Virus record (IMG/VR): IMGVR_UViG_3300042379_000183
Span: 1,376-65,375 of that record
Reading direction: 5' to 3' (one strand)
Source of the DNA: a virus
Taxonomy: Duplodnaviria > Caudoviricetes
Length of the DNA stretch: 64,000 nt
Shown one piece after another: positions 29,301-38,500 of the stretch (positions within the stretch are counted from its first letter, which is position 1; each line of letters begins with the position of its first letter). Made by a program: the position numbers and the translations under genes. Below the pieces are notes generated by a model. It had not been told where the DNA came from. It saw nothing but the letters and a program-made list of their open reading frames with translations, and ran no database searches.

Positions 29301-30390
29301 TCCAACTCTTCAGTGTCTCTCCAAAATGAGAGAAAATCTTTGAAAAATCTAACTCAGACAGTTTCTTAATTAATAAAATAAAACCAGCACTTACAACTGC
29401 TAAAAAGTTTTCTATTACTGGTTGTAATGAATCTTTTAACTTAAGAGCAATAGCACCTATTTTGGTATTAGTAAGATCTAGCGTTTTCCAAAACTCACTA
29501 AAGCCTATAATAACATCTGTTATAAATAATAAAACAGATAACTTAGCACTAAGTAATGAGACTTTAAAGTTTGTTGCAAAGTTAAATATACCATCAGCTA
29601 ACTTATTAATTACAGTAGCTAAAGAACCAGTAGCTCCAAAGAATCCTTTTTTAACTTCATCAAATAAAATAACTATGGAGGTACCTAGATTTCTAAAGGC
29701 TTGACCATATGTTATTTGAACTTTTGTAAAGTTTGTATCAATCTCACTTTGTTGCTTTAAGATTGCTTTAAAAACTTTATCAGAAGTTAATGTACCTTGC
29801 TCGCCTAATGCTCTTAATTTTCCAATAGAAACACCAAGGCCTTTAGCGATTTGCTCAGCTAAAACGGGTGCATTTTCTAAAACAGATCTTAATTCGTCAC
29901 CAGCAAGTTTGCCAGATGAAAGTGCTTGACCTAACTGCTGAATTGCAGCATTTGCCTCTTGTGCACCAGAGCCAGACATTGCAATTGATTTGCTAACAAG
30001 GCTTGTTACACGTGCAACTGAAGCTTGTGAAGCACCAAAGGCGGTACTGGATCTTGCTAACCTACTATACAGTGAAGCAACAGATTCTAAGTCACCTCTA
30101 GTTGCATTAGCAGTAGATCTTACTGCATTTAATGCAAATCTGAATTCATCTTGACCTCGTGTAACTAATCTTATCTTTGTTTCAATATCAGTAAGCGTAT
30201 CAGCTAACTTTGTATATGATGCAATTGCAGCAGTACCTGCAAGACCTATTGAAATCAATCTAGTAAAATTAGCAAATTTCGTAGAAACGTTCTCTACACT
30301 ATCTTGAATACTATTAACTGATGTTCTTAATTTGGCAAGGTCTGCTCTCGCCTCTTCAGAATCAGATATAGTTTTTAGAACTATAGCCAT
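23350..30390 (-). CDS. Tape measure protein
   Basis: 2346 aa; N-terminal AIQQLGQALSSGKLAGDELRSVLENAP motif, Ala/Gly-rich helical and TM regions, three SDSIPAMLSNGEFV repeats. Confidence 0.93.
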   Translation of the reverse strand: MAIVLKTISDSEEARADLAKLRTSVNSIQDSVENVSTKFANFTRLISIGLAGTAAIASYTKLADTLTDIETKIRLVTRGQDEFRFALNAVRSTANATRGDLESVASLYSRLARSSTAFGASQASVARVTSLVSKSIAMSGSGAQEANAAIQQLGQALSSGKLAGDELRSVLENAPVLAEQIAKGLGVSIGKLRALGEQGTLTSDKVFKAILKQQSEIDTNFTKVQITYGQAFRNLGTSIVILFDEVKKGFFGATGSLATVINKLADGIFNFATNFKVSLLSAKLSVLLFITDVIIGFSEFWKTLDLTNTKIGAIALKLKDSLQPVIENFLAVVSAGFILLIKKLSELDFSKIFSHFGETLKSWKPILDTFVQFIVTSFNKLRNQLPTIDVNTVFLGLKASLDVLKSWAMKAEQWFFWLYDKVIGRSWIPDLITGVISWTAKLAKGPTESISKFATSSNSAFSKIKFVGPFLAGIAAINKYKSSLLGLLGVLTTIAAILTGFALFKNGKLKIGTDDQTGGSPNITIAARTNQLLSSSIDWLKKLGKDTKESFDKSKVGKAINSTFKSTSESFATSGIGRTLKQIFGINDSNPGQMFGQTIDTRATAQVGRGPFRSDPNRTPGHDILNAFPPGWQMPIIVALTTAVGLAIVAGTQSGIARTALLSVATTLAGIFATSTVAASERSEFFAKAAFGFVSIVKKGITALFGGNVLKDPFGFLAIIAKTSLLFAAGRELIGRAALGIATAPTRAATTVTSILERNLLNRDIAKSTAKLAEAPRQLNTVLESNRRAFNDSLNSIVGQRDAAGNIITNRAARDAIRVGDTSALGTGAVQRQLVEAIRNQTALQGSRADLARLNTTLAPLQASLLASQAASTRITEALSEQRAALKEGVKFAGAGAGGLLGAVAGFQLGTEIAKGMTGLTDWARVGVAMAISFVGQAVGAGIGSILASALIGAVGLIGTGIAAAFSLAIAGIGAIIASPVLAAIALLGAILAVALNWDVLVSVFASFKSFWSEYITPILQGLTDKLSSIWAEIKSKLNLDKPKSPDGGGTMSTREVVQGTLSAAAAAAAFVAVGEKYGLFNTIATNIRKVYASNLSGLSMSFSLLKDSLAAGANNIKTSLSSTGPLSGVGQIVIEQLKIAMAYGMSKGPGAIAFGAGVGALVYNILKWIGDAIFGTDKKVVADAIKNIQAQIPTSDGNAPAGKATGGGIFGAGSGTSDSIPAMLSNGEFVVNAKDAKNNWDILTAINSGRGIQGFAKGTDLLKYDNQFFRSKKTATGKYAPELLYNTNLPDLANGIKNAQDLGFKLSKEDIDALFFNSLVENRSDFGTNTLLYRVGKDNKNQRYNDMNKSALSIINTYLKTSFKTSTELSNFLKDNEDQMSSGINRATQFSESDNPNLNNINVTAGGFGANYVFRAFLKQAEANLPTLKDIFSSGRWNGKGVVRVGNKTLANADNHALKFKDVQTSENDKIKNAFYKELAKANVSGFEKFKTDKPNSYTVPNPNKNESVDYAPPLTNLQEQVFEFLGGLGDQLRTFVKSLFSSTKMATGGVAGSGSGTSDSIPAMLSNGEFVVNAKDAQKNWGLLTAINSGMGVKQFATGTQTSVKAFDIVPPEANVSSGINTQTNEFFKNLKDKFDELFKTFKAMSPFKSLTAPTPKTTETEVPGIRSLLVNSKNLGDSLRRVGTELEKVGFKDIDNKALNELSKQSPAQILKIGELIDKANAAMDPKRGQSSVLGDLVRTINRDTAQDVYKELASILAQSKIAKVPDTFITPPPEEKPTVLKLKDQLSLINKVFPDLGLTAKELLKISDEVRENIFANAKAIEKRTEEAETKVLGTLEGPPTQRVAALEGRQKVEADRVAAQGLARSSIANIRVPFANIKTEFEKLQINISEDVYNFLDEASRAILKSYLDAAQDAKKVTETPDMPEEFRTLAQLQLKKTIDKINKLLTESFGKAVGGFESFKIDLSNVGVSVEKNIYNLLTDAERLVIESYVNEIKSRKITPQTAEATRIRLQHEVDQFGVAISDIFKTKALDYKTKGMIAGDELATSLSSGISNGLSNLLKGKAVSLEGVLKGVLDTFTSSIIDTFVKGLMDPLTGKNGAITKYIGGLGTSIYDTGSKILGSPTNPEGAPLPSGDVDSISPATVDTTVAGLWGKFTGAFKTIDFKGLFSTFTDAIGSVFKTIFSGLSSMGSNIPGLGFLFGGGAAAMSPAALAGAGMIPMATGGYVRGMGTSTSDSIPAMLSNGEFVINAKAAKANLGLLSAINSSNIKKFAAGGLATAVLSTPAMANISAADNMNSTSNQVINVNITGDISRQTRSEIYQMLPSIAEGVNSHNREKGYRR

Positions 30391-30404
30391 AACATTACTT
30401 TCAA

Positions 30405-30435
30405 TAAAAAACCCAGGATTGTATTTATCCTGGGT
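30405..30435 (-). terminator. Intrinsic terminator/attenuator before the tape measure gene
   Basis: ACCCAGGAU-AAAUACA-AUCCUGGGU-UUUUU. Confidence 0.75.
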
Positions 30436-30440
30436 ATGTG

Positions 30441-30770
30441 TTACTGTTGTTCGATTTCCACAATCGTTCCTAATGGTTTACCATAATTTAATGCAATAGC
30501 TTCTATGAAATAACTCGGTGCTTGTTTAGAAGAACCTTGATTTAAATGCTGAATATAATCAGTTGTATTTTTCACAACAAATACTTTATTTAGCTCACTA
30601 ACTTCCCAGGAACTTCTTGCTAGTCCTGTGTCAATAGGTGTAGCTGCTTTTAAGTCATTTACCATTGCACTTACTGCTATCCTTGCTTGTGCTTTAGTTG
30701 TTTGGTCTCTTATCTGAAGTAACTTTTTAAATTCATTTTCAACATTGTCAAGCTTCATTTTAAATTTCAT
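30441..30770 (-). CDS. HK97 gp10-like tail/neck component
   Basis: TPIDTGLARSSW…YIQHLNQGSSKQAP. Confidence 0.8.
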   Translation of the reverse strand: MKFKMKLDNVENEFKKLLQIRDQTTKAQARIAVSAMVNDLKAATPIDTGLARSSWEVSELNKVFVVKNTTDYIQHLNQGSSKQAPSYFIEAIALNYGKPLGTIVEIEQQ

Positions 30771-30777
30771 ACAATCC

Positions 30778-31116
30778 TTACATTTCTAATTTATCTCCAC
30801 CAGTAGAAAGTAACATTTTCTGTAACAGCGAAGAACCAACAAGTTTTTGAGCTAATGGTGTAACTGCCTTAGGTACACTAAATAATACACTAAGACTAGG
30901 AAAGATTTCTTGTGGTGAACGTTTTTCACCAAGTGCTTTAATTATATAAGCAGCACGAAGATCATCTCTCCACTCAAGTGGCTTTCTTTCAAAATATGAA
31001 ATCCAACCAAGTAACTCATCGTATGGCATCTCCTCCATTAGCTTATACAATGGAAGTCTCAGTGAAAAAGCTATTTCATGTAAAATAACTTCTTCATCTG
31101 AGAGAATTACTTTCCC
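30778..31116 (-). CDS. Tail assembly chaperone GT extension (-1 frame)
   Basis: Frame open from the GGGAAAG slip site (GKVILSDEEVILHEIAFSLRLPLYKLMEEMPYDELLGW…) into track ORF 30778..31050. Confidence 0.8.
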   Translation of the reverse strand, partial: GKVILSDEEVILHEIAFSLRLPLYKLMEEMPYDELLGWISYFERKPLEWRDDLRAAYIIKALGEKRSPQEIFPSLSVLFSVPKAVTPLAQKLVGSSLLQKMLLSTGGDKLEM

Positions 31117-31412
31117 TGATCACCAGCAATTCCGGAGAATCGCATAATTTCATTAGAAAGCTTAGATAATTCATCCATTGGAAAACTATCAAAATCTTCA
31201 TCAGTTAGATCGTCTGAACCTTCTACAGACATTCGAATAACTGTCTTCAAAAGATCAAAACCGGAATCATGATCTTCTCCAGAGATTTTTGCTCTGTTTT
31301 GAATTTCCATTACATCTGAAACACTCAATTTAACGATCTTAACATCTTCGTTAATAAATTTAACAGTCTTAGTCATCTTCTTACCAACTAGACTTTTAAT
31401 GCCTGTAGCCAT
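31107..31412 (-). CDS. Tail assembly chaperone G
   Basis: Start MATGIK with AGGAGAG RBS; ends CAG GGA AAG TAA; between major tail and tape measure. Confidence 0.8.
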   Translation of the reverse strand: MATGIKSLVGKKMTKTVKFINEDVKIVKLSVSDVMEIQNRAKISGEDHDSGFDLLKTVIRMSVEGSDDLTDEDFDSFPMDELSKLSNEIMRFSGIAGDQGK

Positions 31413-31413
31413 C

Positions 31414-31650
31414 TTACTCTCCTTTAAAATCCCTGGAATTACTAGCTTGGAAGTCATCCAATTGCTTCCTCATGGTATGTAATATTGATAATGTCTGAAA
31501 TACCTCTTGAGATTTTGGTTGATCACCAGCAAACTCAGAAATACGTTCAAATGTTTTACGAATACTAATATCAATACTTTTTCGCATATGTTTTGCTGTA
31601 GTACGTAAAACATATCCTGTACTGAATGGTCGATCTGTATTTTCGTCCAT
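31414..31650 (-). CDS. Hypothetical protein in the tail operon
   Basis: 78-aa helical ORF filling the gap between major tail and chaperone. Confidence 0.6.
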   Translation of the reverse strand: MDENTDRPFSTGYVLRTTAKHMRKSIDISIRKTFERISEFAGDQPKSQEVFQTLSILHTMRKQLDDFQASNSRDFKGE

Positions 31651-31725
31651 ATTTTCTTTATAATAAAAACGGGCTAGTTTAAATACTTTATTTAAGTACT
31701 TTGTAAGTACACCCCAAACTATTAA

Positions 31726-32322
31726 TTAGGCAGCGTTGCTAGTAAACGCACCATAAAAGTCAGATTGAACCGTAATTGTTACTGTAGCAGTATTTGCGTC
31801 AGTGAGTTGCGGCGTAACAAGCAAAGCCTCAATCTTTCCAAACCAGAAGTACTGGCTATTTTCAGTACTGCCAAGGCCTGCAGCTGCTGAAGAATAAACA
31901 CCTGTAGTTGGCTCAGCATTAAGCAAAGTGAAACGAAACAAACGACGGACACCATCTCCAACCATAATACCTAAAAAGTTAGGAGTTTTCTGCCAATCAG
32001 TACCAACATAGTTAAGTGTAATCTCAATCGAAGGCGAATCGGATTGACCCTGAATCTGCTGTGAAGACTTTTGCCCATAAACTGCAATATTCACAACGTT
32101 AGGCGGAGTACCCATTGCAGGGAATTCACGAACGTTTCTAATACGAATAAATTCACCAGAGGCCGTACCCGACGGTGCTACGCCGTTAGCTACTGCATTA
32201 GCAAAAGCTAATTTAAAGTTAGCTTCGGTAGGTGTAGCAAAAGCATCTGAAACTTGTGTTGCATCAACACAAACTGATAAATCAGAGAAAAGACCTGCGC
32301 CAATCGACGTAATATGTGCCAT
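31726..32322 (-). CDS. Major tail tube protein
   Basis: NVREFPAMGTPPNVVNIAVYG…QGQSDSPSIEITLNY; position. Confidence 0.8.
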   Translation of the reverse strand: MAHITSIGAGLFSDLSVCVDATQVSDAFATPTEANFKLAFANAVANGVAPSGTASGEFIRIRNVREFPAMGTPPNVVNIAVYGQKSSQQIQGQSDSPSIEITLNYVGTDWQKTPNFLGIMVGDGVRRLFRFTLLNAEPTTGVYSSAAAGLGSTENSQYFWFGKIEALLVTPQLTDANTATVTITVQSDFYGAFTSNAA

Positions 32323-32325
32323 TTA

Positions 32326-32730
32326 TTAAACTCCAAAGTAATTGAATGAAATCGTGTAACTAGACCTATATAGTGCTGGATTATCTTTATCTATTCCAAT
32401 GTTTGTTAAGGAGCTAGTAGAGAATTGCGTGACTACCTGTGCTTGAGTAGTAATGCTTTTTCCAACAAGATACTGATCTAATTTGTCTGCAATAAGAGAG
32501 GTGGATCCAGGTCCATTTCCTGCAGATGTAAATATATCTATTAAAAGTATGCCAGCAACTGACCGTAGATTTAACCCGTAGGTTCCTGAAACGATTGTGA
32601 CTCTAATAAATTCATTTCCTTGACCACTTATCGTAAAGTTAGTTGGAAATGTTTTTATATTTTCAGCTTTCCAAGCATTGCTATCAAAGATAGAGAAAAC
32701 ATTAGCTTGTAAATCAGTAAATTTACCCAT
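32326..32730 (-). CDS. Tail terminator-like protein
   Basis: GILLIDIFTSAGNG…IADKL pattern; position before the major tail gene. Confidence 0.7.
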   Translation of the reverse strand: MGKFTDLQANVFSIFDSNAWKAENIKTFPTNFTISGQGNEFIRVTIVSGTYGLNLRSVAGILLIDIFTSAGNGPGSTSLIADKLDQYLVGKSITTQAQVVTQFSTSSLTNIGIDKDNPALYRSSYTISFNYFGV

Positions 32731-33083
32731 TATGTTTCCTTGTAGATATTCACTACTATAATAAAACCATTGCCCTTTAAGACTTCACCGACATTCCAAA
32801 CTTGAGAATCAATTGTAATAGTAGAATATGCATTGATATCACCAACTTCCTTAGACTTTAACATTAGCTGTTTTTCAAGCGTGTTTCTGCCTTTGGTTTT
32901 ATTCTCTAATTCACTTACAACGGCTTTTGTTGTAATAGTTTGCGTAGAACTTATTTCAGTAACAGAAGCTCCAAAATTAAAAGTTGGATTTATTTTCTTA
33001 GTTAAAGTAACAGTTACAGCAAGATCTTTAATTGAATTAAAGGCTTTATTTAAGTTAGTGTCAATTAATGTTTGATAAGACAT
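32730..33083 (-). CDS. Head-tail joining (stopper) protein
   Basis: 117 aa, beta-rich; position. Confidence 0.6.
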   Translation of the reverse strand: MSYQTLIDTNLNKAFNSIKDLAVTVTLTKKINPTFNFGASVTEISSTQTITTKAVVSELENKTKGRNTLEKQLMLKSKEVGDINAYSTITIDSQVWNVGEVLKGNGFIIVVNIYKET

Positions 33084-33562
33084 TAATTAGCTCTCCACCA
33101 CAAATTAGCTCCATTGTTTACACGAAGTGGTTTAATAATTCGTTTAACATTATTTGGAACCTTTGAAGCAGGAAGTATTGTAGATAATTTAATACTACCA
33201 ATTGATAAATCTTTTACAATGCCGGTATCATCTAGAAGGCCATCATTATTAAGTAAGTGATATGCTAGTTCGTATGTTGCTATAATGATCCGACTAGGTA
33301 CAGATGTAGGCGATAAAGATACATCAATACCTAATCTTGGATCAAAATAAACACCATTTCTTGGAAATGCCAAAGACTGAACTTCACTTATAGCAACTCC
33401 AACCCATTCCAAAGTTTCTAGAATATTTGTAGCAGTGACCAGAGCCTGCGCTTTTTGTGGCGCAGAAGCAGCTGTCCATGCTGCAACATCAATTCGATCT
33501 TCGAAATATGTTTCAGCTTCTGCAACAGTCGCATAAGAGTTTGTTCCTTTAGCGAGTGCCAT
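33083..33562 (-). CDS. Head-tail adaptor
   Basis: NSYATVAEAETYF…QSLAFPR…VP..I..A..ELA; directly after the capsid gene. Confidence 0.75.
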   Translation of the reverse strand: MALAKGTNSYATVAEAETYFEDRIDVAAWTAASAPQKAQALVTATNILETLEWVGVAISEVQSLAFPRNGVYFDPRLGIDVSLSPTSVPSRIIIATYELAYHLLNNDGLLDDTGIVKDLSIGSIKLSTILPASKVPNNVKRIIKPLRVNNGANLWWRAN

Positions 33563-33580
33563 AAGTGTCTTTCTTATTTA

Positions 33581-34768
33581 TTAAGAGTGGAAAACCGGGA
33601 GAATACCAAGAGTCAATGCCGATTGTGTTTTGCGAATCCATGTTCCAGTTGTGGAAGCTAGGGTACCGGACACAACATCAGTCAGCGCAAGTGGAGTAGA
33701 GCCTTCAATCGCATAGCCATAAGAAGCATTAGACGGGAACGCGCTATCCAAACCGGCCCAATTGTAGCCAGCCGGGTGAAGCACATAGCCCCAACGATTC
33801 CACACAGCAGTAGTACCACCACCTTTATAGGCAGCAGCCGAGCGCTGAATTTCAACATTTTCAGGGATTGTCAGCGATTCCATTGCAAGAGCACCAGGCA
33901 ACACAAGGAACGAGGTCTTTGTACCAACAACATCAACACCAGCACCAGTATTGATTTTAGTCAATTCAGCGGTGCTAAAACCCTGAGAGGCACGAGTTTG
34001 AATCAAACGGAATTTACCATTAAAGATGGTGCTGAAATTAACGTTACCATCAGCAATTGTAGTCGAATCAACTAAATTAGCAGAACGGAAAGAGGCTAAT
34101 GTTTCAGGACTGCAAACCAGATAAGCATAATCAGGCTCATAATCTTTAAATGCCATACCGAATGCACGAAGGAAACCTTCAGCACGAGCAGCACCTTGGA
34201 CAGCAGCAGTAGCATCAATAACAGGCTTTGCGGCACCCAAGTCAACATAAAAGCCATAACGCTTGTTGGTAGGATCATTATCAAATGTCTGACCACCAAG
34301 GCCAACAGCACCAGAGGCAGCTGCAGCGCCATTCAGCGTCTCAGAAAGAGCAACACCACGAAGCACGGCAAGAATAGCGTTATGCTCGTCTTGCGCACGG
34401 GTTTCACCAAAGTCACGACCAATTTTAGCAAGACCATCAACTTGAGTAACCACTTGCTGCAGATTAACTTTAGTAGCGCCATGAGTGCGAACACTCTTAA
34501 CGTACGTCATGTAATCCGAAGCGTATGTAGTACCAGTACCATCAGTCGAATCAGTAAGCGAAGCAATGTTGATGGTAGGGGTCAAAGGCTTGTACCAGCG
34601 CATTTGACCGATAAATGTTTCGGTATTAACATCAATCAGGGGATTAGCACCAACAATACCAGTACCCGATAACTTTCTTGCATTTGTATATGCTTCGTCA
34701 GAGTAAGCGCTAATGCTCTCTTGTAAGACAAAGTTATCTGCGCCAGCAAGATTTGTTTTCACAGTCAT
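33581..34768 (-). CDS. Major capsid protein
   Basis: 395 aa, follows scaffold, biased high-expression codon use, RWGYVLHPAGYNW near the C-terminus. Confidence 0.85.
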   Translation of the reverse strand: MTVKTNLAGADNFVLQESISAYSDEAYTNARKLSGTGIVGANPLIDVNTETFIGQMRWYKPLTPTINIASLTDSTDGTGTTYASDYMTYVKSVRTHGATKVNLQQVVTQVDGLAKIGRDFGETRAQDEHNAILAVLRGVALSETLNGAAAASGAVGLGGQTFDNDPTNKRYGFYVDLGAAKPVIDATAAVQGAARAEGFLRAFGMAFKDYEPDYAYLVCSPETLASFRSANLVDSTTIADGNVNFSTIFNGKFRLIQTRASQGFSTAELTKINTGAGVDVVGTKTSFLVLPGALAMESLTIPENVEIQRSAAAYKGGGTTAVWNRWGYVLHPAGYNWAGLDSAFPSNASYGYAIEGSTPLALTDVVSGTLASTTGTWIRKTQSALTLGILPVFHS

Positions 34769-34779
34769 TTTAATTCCTT

Positions 34780-35445
34780 TTATCGTCTATTAGTAGGAAG
34801 TTTACCTTCCCGAGCCATTTTCATAACATCTTCTTGTGACATTGAAAAGAGTGATTTCTTTTCTGTACTCGAAGTATTTGTAGTTCCTACAGATGTGCTA
34901 CCACTGCCATTAGAAGCCTTAGGCTTTAACAGAAATGAATTAGATTCATTATCTGTAAATTGCTTCACAAAATCCCTTAATGGAATTCCAGATTTATGGA
35001 GCCAGACACCTTGTTCATTTCTGACAAGTTGCGTTACAATTTCACGATAGGCCATATCAGAAGCACTATCATTCCTAAATGTGTACGCCTGGAGAGCATT
35101 ACGCAGTTCTAGATCTCGTGTGAGTTCAATAGTACGCGTTTCTAATGCTTCTCTTTTTGCTCTTTCTTCTGCAAGTTGCAATTCTAAAGCTTCTTTGTGC
35201 TTTCCTTCGTCTTGAAGCCTTTTTAATTCAGCTTCCTTACGAACTTGATCCATCTCAGCAACCTTACGAAGAGCATCATCACGTCCCTTATAGGCTTTAT
35301 CAAGGTTTTCCTTCATATTGCCAATAGCTTCTGCAACCTTTTCTCTTACAAGCTTCTGAACGGGATCTTCAGTTTGTTGTGAATCTTGACCCTTATTTTC
35401 AGTGTCTTCGATAACAACATTGGTACTAGTAACATCATCTGACAT
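34780..35445 (-). CDS. Capsid scaffolding protein
   Basis: Acidic N-terminus, long coiled coil, FLLKPKASNGSGS; directly upstream of the capsid gene. Confidence 0.8.
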   Translation of the reverse strand: MSDDVTSTNVVIEDTENKGQDSQQTEDPVQKLVREKVAEAIGNMKENLDKAYKGRDDALRKVAEMDQVRKEAELKRLQDEGKHKEALELQLAEERAKREALETRTIELTRDLELRNALQAYTFRNDSASDMAYREIVTQLVRNEQGVWLHKSGIPLRDFVKQFTDNESNSFLLKPKASNGSGSTSVGTTNTSSTEKKSLFSMSQEDVMKMAREGKLPTNRR

Positions 35446-35529
35446 TTTATTTCCTTTGAGTACAACTCATATTAATAAAGATACAATCTTTACTTAAATC
35501 GATTAGGTGAATTTATGTAAATCACACCT

Positions 35530-35548
35530 GGGTTAATTTAACGGGTTG
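35530..35548 (-). promoter_or_regulatory. Class II repeated motif, copy 3
   Basis: + strand GGGTTAATTTAACGGGTTG; right after the MuF-RNAP stop, upstream of scaffold/capsid. Confidence 0.75.
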
Positions 35549-35550
35549 GC

Positions 35551-38500
35551 TTAACCAACACCATACCAACTAAAATCAGTCACAAACCCTGGAGGAACCT
35601 TTTTTAAAATATCTTCCTTCTTTAAGATATCAGATTCTTTAAGAAGTTTTCCACCAACACGAGACCTACCAGGAACTGGAATAAGTCCAATATCAATAGC
35701 TTCATTTAGATATTTATCATATAATGCAGGAGGGAGTCCTCTTGCTTTCATCTCATTTAAGGTCATTAAGATAACATTGTTATTTAACATTTCAGCATAG
35801 ATTTCTCTTAGTGCTTGTCTTGCTGGTAACATGTCCGTTGCATTTGCAAAGAAAGCATCATGGATTGTAGAAGTAGGTACCTTATTCTTTTTACCCCATA
35901 AATGAAATTGTTTAACAATAACAGCATCATTAGAATGATTACCATTAACAGCAAAAGCAGTTCTTGCCTTACCTGAGTCTGCAATATCATTTATCTTACC
36001 AGACTTATTAATAACTTGTTGCCACCAAGTAGCCTCTGTCTTTTGTGGGATTTGAAGAATGTTAGTAGTCCAATTTCCATCTTTATCTCTATACGTTAAT
36101 CGCTCTTCAAATGTTTGGGTAAAATTCTGTTCAATTGTCTTTCCATCAAAATTTACCCAAGGAATATTTGTCCAGCTTTTTGGTAGTTTATTAGCATAAA
36201 AGATTTCTAATTCATTTAGATTTTTAACTTCTAATAAATCAACTTTTAAGTACTTTCCACCAGTACGTCTTGTCTCTGCTGCTTTAACTCCATATATAAT
36301 ATCACTGAGCGTTCCATTTGGTTCCCAAAAGCCAAAACGCTTTAATATCTTTTCACTAACAGCTTCATTAGCTTTTAAACCTAAAAGACGACTAACTGAA
36401 TCAGGTAAAACATAACCTTTTTTCTTTTGACCTAACAAAGAGATCTTAGCAATTGTCTTCCAATCAAAATCACTATCAGAAGGTTTTGCGTTAATGATAA
36501 AATCTTCTGCAAGCCTGCCAAAATACTTAGTGAAATCTTTCAAGATAGGAACTTGCTCACTTAAGTACTCACTCATTATCTTTGCAATATTTTTAAAGTC
36601 CTCTGGTGTAACAATTTTATCATATGACCTAGTCATCTTCTCAACTAAGTCTCTAGTTGCTGGATCTAAGAAATATAATTGTTCCATTATGTCATCACCA
36701 GGATCAAGACCCTTATTAAAAATATCTTTTACATTTTCTCTGAGAACTCTTAATTCATTTGCAGTATCCATATCAAACTTCTCAAATCGTGCTATTCTAG
36801 CAGAGATTTCGTTTAATACAATCTCTCTATCAGATGCTTTTACAACTAAGACATTTTCATCTTTACCTAAGATTTTAGAAAGCTTTCCTTCTACATTCAA
36901 TGCACCTGTTCTTTCACCGGCACCATAGAAGGTTACCATATTCTGTGCTTTAGCAGCCTTCCTTAAATCTTTTTCAGATAAGCCTAACTTTTCATTTAAC
37001 TTTCTAAATCTAATATCATTAAATGTTGAGCTAGCAATTTCGTCATATAGTCTTTTCTTTTGGGAAGTAGGGACTACATTACTTAGTTCTGCAAGTTGTT
37101 TATTCTTAGTCGTTAATGCAATAATTTGTGCACCAGAAGAAGAAGCATCTTGCTCTAACGCTAATGCGATTTCATAGTCTTTTAACTTTAACAAGTTCTT
37201 AGCAGTATAACTACCTTCTAAATAATTATCTATCTTTGCTATCTCTAAAGCAAATCGTAGAAATTTATTTAACTCTTCACCATCTACTTTAGAAAAAATC
37301 TCTGAATCTAAAATAGCACGTAAGTCTGCTGGTTTCTTACGAAGCATATTATTGCCAAGTTTAACCAGCTCTGGTCGCCATTTTACTGCAATTTTTTGTC
37401 TACCTGTAACAGTTAGTGAATTAAACTTACCTTCAAAATGATCGCTTAATCCACCTAAGAATGCACCAACTTGATCTTGTAAGTTACCGAAGTCATCAAC
37501 ACTAAACTTTTTAATTTCAGCTGTATTTAAAAATGGTCTGAATGTCTCGCCTGATTGAGGACTAATAAGACCTCTATCATAAATTCTCGCTCTATGATCG
37601 ATAAAAGGATGGTTACTAAAGGCAGTATCATCTTTACGTAACCACTCCATTGCTTTGAATCGTTCATAGGCATCACCGCGATTTGCAATATATTTTCTAT
37701 ATTCATTCAAATCATTATACTTCTTTGCTTGACCTCTATCATCTTCAAAGTACAGCAATTTTTGTGTGAAATCAAAATAGTCTTTATCTATTCGATACTT
37801 AGTTTTTGAAGCCCAATTTAATGCATCTATTAAATTCTTATCAACAAACTCTTCTGGAAAATCGCTAAAGCTAGAAGTAGAGGTAATTGGAATACGAGTA
37901 TCCTCATAACCAAAGATACCTTGATCAATAAAATATGTTTTATAACCTTCTCTAAAGACTAATTTATTTTTATCTTCTGTTACACTAACTCTTAATCCAA
38001 CTTCAACTTTACGAGTGAGTTTAGAGTATTCCTGAATTCTAGGATCGGTAACACGGATATTATAAGATAATGTATCGTAGTATGGACCAAAGTAACTATT
38101 ACTCAAACGACTCTTCATTCTTCTTTTCTGCACACCAAAAGTCTCTACTTCAAAGAACTTACTCACATTCTTTGCTTCTAATAGCTTAGAGCCTAATTCA
38201 TACCAGGTACGACGATATCCATTTACATTTGCTAAGTTATACAAGTCACGACCGAGAGCTACTGCAAATTGATCTCTATCTGGTGTATCTGCTAAACTAA
38301 GACGATGTGCAAATCTTAAATAGAACTGTTGTAAATCTCTATCTGAAATTCTACTACTTATCAGTAATGGAATTTTTCTATCAAAGACATTTCTAAGTTC
38401 TAACGCTATCTTTGGTGCAACAGTATCTTCCCATTTATTCTTAGCAAGAATATTAGGAATGAAGTTATCATGTAAGTCTTGTAACTGAGTGGGACCAAGA

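Noticed and set aside
33083-33562. DnaT-like replication protein
   Set aside because: The motif family is often labelled that way, but the position right after the capsid gene indicates a head-tail adaptor.
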